From contig CAYINJ010000004.1 of NCBI GenBank assembly GCA_964364745.1, forward strand, positions 1 to 33,634: 33,634 nucleotides of DNA, read 5' to 3'. This DNA comes from an uncultured Gammaproteobacteria bacterium (lineage in GTDB: Bacteria; Patescibacteriota; Patescibacteriia; JACRDY01). The notes under the pieces were generated by a model, which did not search any database, was not told the DNA's origin, and worked only from the letters and a program-made list of their open reading frames with translations. The position numbers and the translations under genes were made by a program. This document shows positions 17,097-23,265 of this stretch, in pieces (the first letter of the stretch is position 1; every line of letters starts with the position of its first letter).

Positions 17097-18626
17097 ATGT
17101 GTGGGATATATGGCACGGTTCGCCACAGCGGCCCGGTGGTCGGTGATCTCATCGCCGCGGCGGCGGCTCTCGAAAACCGTGGACCGCAATCGGCCGCCTT
17201 GGTCACGGTCCAACAGGGACAATTTCATCCATTCCATAAAGCCGCGCCGGCCGAAATCGCTTTTTTCGGTCTGAAGCCGGACAACTTCCCGGGGCAATCT
17301 GGGATCTGCCACACGCGGTATGCTACCACCGGCCAAGATACGCCGGAAGCAATCGACCGCAATGCTCGGCCGCCGATGGGCGACATTACTCTGGTTCACA
17401 ATGGCGATACGGTCAATGCTGAAATACTTCGTACCGAGTTAGCCCAAGCCGGTCGGATGTTTCACACCCAGACCGACACCGAAGTGATCCACATGATCAT
17501 TGAACGGGCCTTCCGGCTCCGGCAGGTGGCGCGAACTAAGTCCGATCGGACCTATGCCCAGCGGGTGTTTGCCGCGCTGCGATCCGTCCAGCCACAGCTC
17601 GTTGGCGCCTGGTCCATCCTGATCTTGACCGCCCGTGGTCTCATCGCCTGGCGCGGACCGGCGGGAATCCGACCGCTGTTGATGGCCGAGCGGCAAGAAG
17701 TGGCCGGAGTGACCACGGAAGTGGCCTTTGCCTCCGAGTCGTCGGCCTTTAACCGCCTCGGCGGGTATCGGCGGATTCGAGACGTACCGGCCGGTACGGC
17801 AGTGTTTGTCCCCCACACCTTAGAGCGGTGCTACATCGAGCGCTTGTCGTGGCGACAGGAGAAATTCTGTCTGTTCGAGTTCGTCTATCTCGCCCGGCCC
17901 GACTCACGGTTCGGCGGGATCCGCGTCGAGGTGGTCCGCGATCAAGCGGGGGTGCAACTGGCAAAGCAGTACGACGCCACGGTCCGAGGAACGTTTGACA
18001 TTGTCGTCCCCGTGCCGGACTGTCCGCAGTCAACCGCGGCCAGTTTCGCCGCTACCTTCGGGGTGCCGGTCAAACACGCCATTCGCAAAGTTGGCAACAA
18101 GCGCAGTTTCCTCCAGACCAGCGCCGAAAAACGGCGCAAGGCCATCAGTGACAAGTTCATTTTCATTCGCGAGTTCATCGGCGGTCAGCGCATCGCGCTG
18201 GTTGATGACTCGCTGGTGCGCGGGGCGACGCTGGGCAAGCTCCTGCGGCACCTGTTCTTGCTCGGCGCGGCGGAAGTCCACCTCTTCCTGGCCTGTCCAG
18301 AGATCATCGGGCCGTGTTACTACGGCATCGATACGCCGGATGATCACGCGCTGTTGGCCTGGCACCACAACCAGCAGCGCCCCCGGACCAGGGCGGAGAT
18401 TGTCGACGAACTCTTAATCGAGACCTGCCAAGGTCTATCCGATGCCGACCGCGCCAGTCGCCATCAGCAGGTGTCCATTCATTACTTGTCGCTGGAGCGG
18501 TTAGCCGTGGCGATTGGACGGCCAGCGAACCAGCTCTGCCTCGGCTGTCTGACTCGGCACTATCCAACTCCCACCGACGGCGTCGAACTGAAACGCGAGC
18601 GGTGGATCGCCGATCGAACACTTTGA
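17097..18626 (+). CDS. purF: Amidophosphoribosyltransferase-like protein (class II glutamine amidotransferase + PRTase domain)
   Basis: The start must be MCGIYG, because a class II amidotransferase needs an N-terminal Cys. The product has RGPQS, HTRYATTG, HNG and CLFEFVYLARPDS blocks and the PRPP loop ALVDDSLVRGAT. Confidence 0.85.
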   Translation: MCGIYGTVRHSGPVVGDLIAAAAALENRGPQSAALVTVQQGQFHPFHKAAPAEIAFFGLKPDNFPGQSGICHTRYATTGQDTPEAIDRNARPPMGDITLVHNGDTVNAEILRTELAQAGRMFHTQTDTEVIHMIIERAFRLRQVARTKSDRTYAQRVFAALRSVQPQLVGAWSILILTARGLIAWRGPAGIRPLLMAERQEVAGVTTEVAFASESSAFNRLGGYRRIRDVPAGTAVFVPHTLERCYIERLSWRQEKFCLFEFVYLARPDSRFGGIRVEVVRDQAGVQLAKQYDATVRGTFDIVVPVPDCPQSTAASFAATFGVPVKHAIRKVGNKRSFLQTSAEKRRKAISDKFIFIREFIGGQRIALVDDSLVRGATLGKLLRHLFLLGAAEVHLFLACPEIIGPCYYGIDTPDDHALLAWHHNQQRPRTRAEIVDELLIETCQGLSDADRASRHQQVSIHYLSLERLAVAIGRPANQLCLGCLTRHYPTPTDGVELKRERWIADRTL

Positions 18627-18647
18627 ACCTCACAACCACGCTCATCG

Positions 18648-18689
18648 CCACCCAGTCCCGCTTAGCGGGACTGGGTGGCTCCTTTTTTA
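18648..18689 (+). terminator. Intrinsic terminator after the purF-like gene
   Basis: A 14-bp perfect hairpin (ccacccagtcccgc-tta-gcgggactgggtgg) is followed by ctcctttttt. Confidence 0.85.
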
Positions 18690-18718
18690 TTGACTTTTGG
18701 CCATTTGGCCAGTATAGT
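18690..18718 (+). promoter_or_regulatory. infB promoter TTGACT-17-TATAGT
   Basis: The hexamers are near consensus with 17-nt spacing, 24 nt upstream of ATG 18743. Confidence 0.7.
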
Positions 18719-18742
18719 GGTGATACTTTTCAATTTGGAACC

Positions 18743-20746
18743 ATGAACGTCACTGAATTAGCTCGCCGGCTGCGAGTGAATACGAAAGAGCTGCTCGAGC
18801 TGTTGCCGCAGTTTGGTTTTGATATTGGGGCGCGGGCAATCAAGATTGAGCCGCGGACAGCGCAGCGCATCATCCGCGACTGGCCTAAACTGTATCGCGA
18901 ACATCAAGCTCGGGTCACGGCGGAACGCAAAGTTCGGGACAAACAAGAACGCCAGCTGAAGATGCAGACCTCCGGTCCGGTGCTGCTGCCAGCGGTGATG
19001 ACGGTGCGCGAGTTTGCCGAAAAGATTGAAGTGCCGGTCAACAAGGTGGTGGCCGAACTGATGAACAATGGCATCTTGGCGACGTTAAACGAGCGAGTTG
19101 ATTTTGATACCGCCGCGATTATCGCCGAAGACCTTGGACTGCTGGTGGCCAAAGAGACAGTTGACCGCGCGGCCGCAGTCGAGGAAGACAAGGACTTGAA
19201 ATTAAAGAACCTCTTGGCGGCTGGCGACGCCGTTGATCTCCGACCACGGCCACCGGTGGTGGTAGTGATGGGCCATGTCGATCACGGCAAGACGAAATTG
19301 CTCGACGCCATTCGTCACACCGATGTAGTGGCCGGCGAACACGGCGGCATCACCCAGCACATTGGCGCTTATCAGATTACTCGGCAGGGGCGGGCCATTA
19401 CCTTTATTGATACTCCGGGTCACGAAGCGTTTTCAGCCATGCGTTCTCGTGGCGCCAAGGTCGCCGACATTGCGATTTTGGTGGTGGCCGCCGACGACTC
19501 GATCAAACCCCAAACCGTGGAAGCGATTCAGATCATTCAAGCCGTCGGTCTGCCGTTCGTGGTCGCCATTAATAAAATTGATAAGCCCGACGCGGACATC
19601 GAACGAGTGAAATCGGACTTGGCCCAGCGCAACCTCTTGCCGGAGGACTGGGGCGGCCAAGTCATTTGTGTTCCCATCTCCGCCAAGGCCGGCACCAACA
19701 TTGAGCAGCTGCTCGACATGGTCTTGCTAGCGGCCGACTTAGATCCAAGTAAAATGATGGCTGACCCCAGTCGGCTAGCCGTCGGAACGGTGATTGAAGC
19801 GCATAAAGACCCCGGCGAAGGCGCGGTGGCCACGGTCTTGATTCAGAGCGGAACACTGCGCCCCAATGATGTTATTGGCATTAATAGCGAACTCTATGGC
19901 CGCGTCCGAGCGATGAAGGACTGGAACGGTCAAGATATGACTGCCGCGACGCCCGGTACGCCAGTCAAGGTCTTGGGCTGGAAAGTGGAACCAGCGGTCG
20001 GTGATGTCTTGGAAATCACCACCGATCAAAAAACTTTGACCGTACCCAAGAACAAAAAAGCCCGAACCGGCGCGGTTAAAGCGACGATCAAGGCCACCAG
20101 TGAAGACGACGCCGAGTCGCCAGCGGTCAAAACGCTAAATATCGTCCTCAAGAGCGACGTCTTGGGTTCAGCCGAAGCGATTGCGGAGTCGTTAGAAAAA
20201 TTAGAAATTCCGGCCGGCGTGAATTATAAGATCATTACTCGCGGGCTTGGTAACGTCACCGAAGCGGACATCTTACGCGGGGAAGGCGATGGCGCGTTGG
20301 TGATTGGTTTCAACGTGTCGGTCGCGCCCACCGCCCAGCTATTGGCCCGAGACAAAGGGGTGAAAGTCCACTTGTTTAAGATTATTTATGAACTGCTGGA
20401 TCTGGTCAAAGACCGACTGAACACCATGGTCGATATCGAGCTCAAAGAAATAGATCTCGGCCAGATTAAGGTCTTGGCTATTTTCAAAACGGACAAAACC
20501 GGTCAGGTGGTTGGTGGGGCGGTCACCGACGGGAAGGTCGCCGTCAACACCAAGGCCCGGTTGTTGCGTGACGGCCTCGACCTTGATCGGCTGGCTATCG
20601 TCGGGTTACAATCAGGGAAGCAGGAGGTCCAAGACGTTGAGGCCGGCGCCCAATGTGGTCTGAAAATCACCGGCAAACTCGATGTTCGCCTCGGCGACAT
20701 CCTGGAAGTTTATCGGGAAGAAAAAGTGATTCGTCAGGTCAAATAA
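18743..20746 (+). CDS. infB: Translation initiation factor IF-2
   Basis: The G domain has GHVDHGKT, DTPGH and NKID motifs. I place the start at MNVTELARRL (ATG 18743). The track start at 18602 overlaps the upstream terminator and promoter. Confidence 0.96.
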   Translation: MNVTELARRLRVNTKELLELLPQFGFDIGARAIKIEPRTAQRIIRDWPKLYREHQARVTAERKVRDKQERQLKMQTSGPVLLPAVMTVREFAEKIEVPVNKVVAELMNNGILATLNERVDFDTAAIIAEDLGLLVAKETVDRAAAVEEDKDLKLKNLLAAGDAVDLRPRPPVVVVMGHVDHGKTKLLDAIRHTDVVAGEHGGITQHIGAYQITRQGRAITFIDTPGHEAFSAMRSRGAKVADIAILVVAADDSIKPQTVEAIQIIQAVGLPFVVAINKIDKPDADIERVKSDLAQRNLLPEDWGGQVICVPISAKAGTNIEQLLDMVLLAADLDPSKMMADPSRLAVGTVIEAHKDPGEGAVATVLIQSGTLRPNDVIGINSELYGRVRAMKDWNGQDMTAATPGTPVKVLGWKVEPAVGDVLEITTDQKTLTVPKNKKARTGAVKATIKATSEDDAESPAVKTLNIVLKSDVLGSAEAIAESLEKLEIPAGVNYKIITRGLGNVTEADILRGEGDGALVIGFNVSVAPTAQLLARDKGVKVHLFKIIYELLDLVKDRLNTMVDIELKEIDLGQIKVLAIFKTDKTGQVVGGAVTDGKVAVNTKARLLRDGLDLDRLAIVGLQSGKQEVQDVEAGAQCGLKITGKLDVRLGDILEVYREEKVIRQVK

Positions 20747-20775
20747 TTGCTCGATCAATCTTTAATATTTTTTCT

Positions 20776-21102
20776 ATGGCCGAACTTCACCTCACTAATG
20801 ACAACTTCGACGCCGAAGTGCTCCAGTCGCCGGTGCCGGTCCTAGTTGATTTCTTTGCGGTCTGGTGTGGGCCGTGCAAGGTCCAAGGTCCGATCGTAGC
20901 CGAGCTAGCTGGCGAACTGGCCGGTCAGCCGGTGAAAGTGGCCAAGTTGGACGTCGATGAAGCGCGGGACGTGGCCGCTAAGTACACTGTCATGTCCATT
21001 CCGACCTTAATTATTTTCAAAGACGGCCAGCCGGTCGAGACCATGGTCGGCCTGCGCACCAAAGACGACCTCAAAGCCAAATTGCAGTCACTGATGGTTT
21101 AA
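20776..21102 (+). CDS. trxA: Thioredoxin
   Basis: The 108-aa product has the WCGPCK active site. I place the start at ATG 20776 (MAELHL). Confidence 0.95.
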   Translation: MAELHLTNDNFDAEVLQSPVPVLVDFFAVWCGPCKVQGPIVAELAGELAGQPVKVAKLDVDEARDVAAKYTVMSIPTLIIFKDGQPVETMVGLRTKDDLKAKLQSLMV

Positions 21103-21160
21103 TTGACCAAGCGACGGCATACTTGGCGGACGGCACTAGCGCTAGATAACCCGCAGTAGT

Positions 21161-21188
21161 CGGACACCCAGTGGGGTGTCCGATTTTA
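21161..21188 (+). terminator. Terminator after trxA
   Basis: The hairpin cggacaccc-agtg-gggtgtccg is followed by ATTTTAT. Confidence 0.6.
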
Positions 21189-21242
21189 TCCCTCGGCAGT
21201 CACTTGAAGAAAAGACCGGTCTGTACTACACTCCACCATATT

Positions 21243-22208
21243 ATGATTAATCACGCGGCCGAAAAAATTTGGGAGGTGATTGTGGTTGGTGGTGCGGCCG
21301 CCGGATTGACCGCGGCGCTGTATGCCAGCCGGCGGGGGCTGTCGACGCTGGTCATTACCGCCGATCTCGGCGGGCAGATGAGTATTACTGATGACATTGC
21401 CAACTATCCCGGCATCGATTTCATTACCGGGCCGGGGTTAACGACCGCGGTCCGGAATCAAGCGCTAAAATATGGCGCGACGATAACTCTTGATCGAGTG
21501 CTAGCCGTAACGGCTGGCGCGCCACACCAGATCACGACGACTCAAGGGCACTATCAAGCTCGAACGGTGATCTTGGCGTTTGGGCTGACCCCCCGCTGGT
21601 TGGGCGTGGAACACGAAGCAACATTGACTGGTCGCGGCGTGAGCTATGAAGTGTCCGCCGAGCTGTCGCCGTATCGCGATCAAGTCGTCGCCGTGGTGGG
21701 CGGCGGTAATGCGGCCGTCACGGCCGCGATTCGGCTGGCCACCGTGGCTAAAACGGTGTACGTCATTCACCGCCGAGATGAATTCTCGGCTGAAGCGACA
21801 TTGAAACAACAATTGGCCCAGCCGGTCAACGTGGTCATCCGTCTGGCTAGCGAGGTGGTTGGTTTGCGGGGTGATGAACGGTTGACAGGAATTGAAGTTC
21901 ATGATATTGTCTCCGATACGGTGGAAACACTCGCCGTTGACCAGTTGATCATTCACATCGGGTATCAAACTAACACGGCTTGGCTCGACGGAGTGGTGAC
22001 TCGCAACGAGCGCGGCCTGATCGTCATTGACGATCGGTGCCGGACCAGTCAGCCCGGAATTTTTGCCGCTGGTGACGTGACCACTATTCCCTACAAACAA
22101 ATCGTGATTTCGGCCGGCGAGGGGGCCAAAGCCGCCATCGCCGCCGAGCAATATCTGGCCCACCGCCCGGATACTGACCCGGTCATTCCCGACTGGGGGA
22201 CTAAATAA
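21243..22208 (+). CDS. Thioredoxin-reductase-like FAD/NAD(P)H flavoprotein lacking the redox CxxC (TrxR-type ferredoxin-NADP reductase-like)
   Basis: FAD motif GGAAAG, NADPH motifs GGGNAAV and HRRDEF, and C-terminal GIFAAGDV are present. The expected CATC site reads GVSYEVSAE. I place the start at ATG 21243. Confidence 0.85.
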   Translation: MINHAAEKIWEVIVVGGAAAGLTAALYASRRGLSTLVITADLGGQMSITDDIANYPGIDFITGPGLTTAVRNQALKYGATITLDRVLAVTAGAPHQITTTQGHYQARTVILAFGLTPRWLGVEHEATLTGRGVSYEVSAELSPYRDQVVAVVGGGNAAVTAAIRLATVAKTVYVIHRRDEFSAEATLKQQLAQPVNVVIRLASEVVGLRGDERLTGIEVHDIVSDTVETLAVDQLIIHIGYQTNTAWLDGVVTRNERGLIVIDDRCRTSQPGIFAAGDVTTIPYKQIVISAGEGAKAAIAAEQYLAHRPDTDPVIPDWGTK

Positions 22209-22249
22209 ATCTTCCACCAAAGAACAGCCAAACCGAAAAGGGAGGAAAA

Positions 22250-22417
22250 ATGTCCGTCAATTGGATCGATCCGCCGCGGCAACCGCGGGAAAAGCCGTTG
22301 CTGGCGTATGAGTTCGATGATCGGCCAGATCGGTGGATCCGGTGGTTGGTAGTCGCGCTGGCAGTGGGGATTGTCACCTTCGTGGTGCTGGCCCAGTTTC
22401 AGGTGGCCTCACCGTGA
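22250..22417 (+). CDS. Small (55 aa) single-pass membrane protein, not in the ORF track
   Basis: A strong SD (AAGGGAGG) lies 5 nt before the ATG. There is one hydrophobic helix (WLVVALAVGIVTFVVLA), and a strong terminator follows. Confidence 0.55.
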   Translation: MSVNWIDPPRQPREKPLLAYEFDDRPDRWIRWLVVALAVGIVTFVVLAQFQVASP

Positions 22418-22444
22418 ATCAGCCCGACAGTCACGTTTCATCTG

Positions 22445-22476
22445 CCGTCCCGCTTAGCGGGACGGTTTTCGTTTTC
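22445..22476 (+). terminator. Intrinsic terminator after the small ORF
   Basis: The hairpin ccgtcccgc-tta-gcgggacgg is followed by ttttcgttttc. Confidence 0.8.
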
Positions 22477-22488
22477 TCGACCGCGATT

Positions 22489-22497
22489 TGCTACAAT
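22489..22497 (+). promoter_or_regulatory. Extended -10 (TGcTACAAT) for rnhB, 6 nt before the ATG (leaderless geometry)
   Basis: Sequence match and position. Confidence 0.55.
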
Positions 22498-22503
22498 AGC
22501 GGC

Positions 22504-23133
22504 ATGATCATCCCGACGTTTGAACTCGAACAAACCAAGCGTGCGGCCGGCTATCACTTCATCGGCGGGGTCGATGAAGCCGGGCGGGGACCATGGGCCG
22601 GACCGCTAGTGGCCGCGGCGGTTATTTTAGCCATTGGGGAGCTGGATGCGCCGCCGATTCGCGACTCGAAGACCTTGACGGCCAAGGCCCGCGCCAAAGC
22701 CGCCGAGTGGATCCGAGGTCACGCTATTTCCTGGGCGATCGGCGAAGTCAGTAGCGGCGAGATCGATCAACTTGGTTTGCAGTTAGCCAACAAACTGGCG
22801 ATGAAACGAGCAATCACGGCGCTATCACCGCTGGCGGATTATATTTTGACTGACTATGTCGGTCGGATCGCCTTCCGCACGCCGTTTGAAGTGATCATCG
22901 GTGGTGACCGCACATCGCTATCGATCGCCGCCGCCTCGATCATGGCTAAAACTCACCGCGATCGGCTGATGCAGCAGTTTTCAGTCCAATATCCAAAGTA
23001 TCGGTTTGACTTACATAAGGGCTATGGGACGGCGCTCCACCGAGAGCTTCTCGTCCGGCATGGTCTATGTCCGATACACCGGCGGTCATTTACGCCGGTC
23101 GGCGATATTGCCAAAGCACGGGAAAGTAGCTAG
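22504..23133 (+). CDS. rnhB: Ribonuclease HII
   Basis: GVDEAGRGPWAGPLVAAAV, DSK.L and SIAAASI.AK motifs are present. I place the start at ATG 22504. The track start at 22333 overlaps the small ORF and the terminator. Confidence 0.93.
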   Translation: MIIPTFELEQTKRAAGYHFIGGVDEAGRGPWAGPLVAAAVILAIGELDAPPIRDSKTLTAKARAKAAEWIRGHAISWAIGEVSSGEIDQLGLQLANKLAMKRAITALSPLADYILTDYVGRIAFRTPFEVIIGGDRTSLSIAAASIMAKTHRDRLMQQFSVQYPKYRFDLHKGYGTALHRELLVRHGLCPIHRRSFTPVGDIAKARESS

Positions 23134-23148
23134 AGTACAATCACATTT

Positions 23149-23254
23149 CGTCATTGCGAGGAAGTTTACCCTGAGCGTAGCGAAGGGAAGCAATCCCAGG
23201 GGAGCAGCACTGAATCTGGGATTGCCACGCCCCGAAACTGGGCTCGCAATGACG
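23149..23254. repeat. Complete palindromic repeat element, intergenic, ending 12 nt before the leuS ATG
   Basis: 12-bp terminal inverted repeat: cgtcattgcgag / ctcgcaatgacg. Inner inverted repeat: gcaatcccag / ctgggattgc. It is near-identical to 23970-24076. Confidence 0.92.
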
Positions 23255-23265
23255 TACTATATATT

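Noticed and set aside
18602-18742. N-terminal extensions offered by the ORF track (infB from 18602, rnhB from 22333, TrxR-like from 21171, trxA from 20653, truB to 17206, clpP from 10808, ssb to 8711, methyltransferase from 9427).
   Set aside because: The extensions run through terminators, promoters or neighbouring genes. They use alternative start codons and lack similarity to the conserved N-termini. Internal ATGs reproduce the canonical starts.
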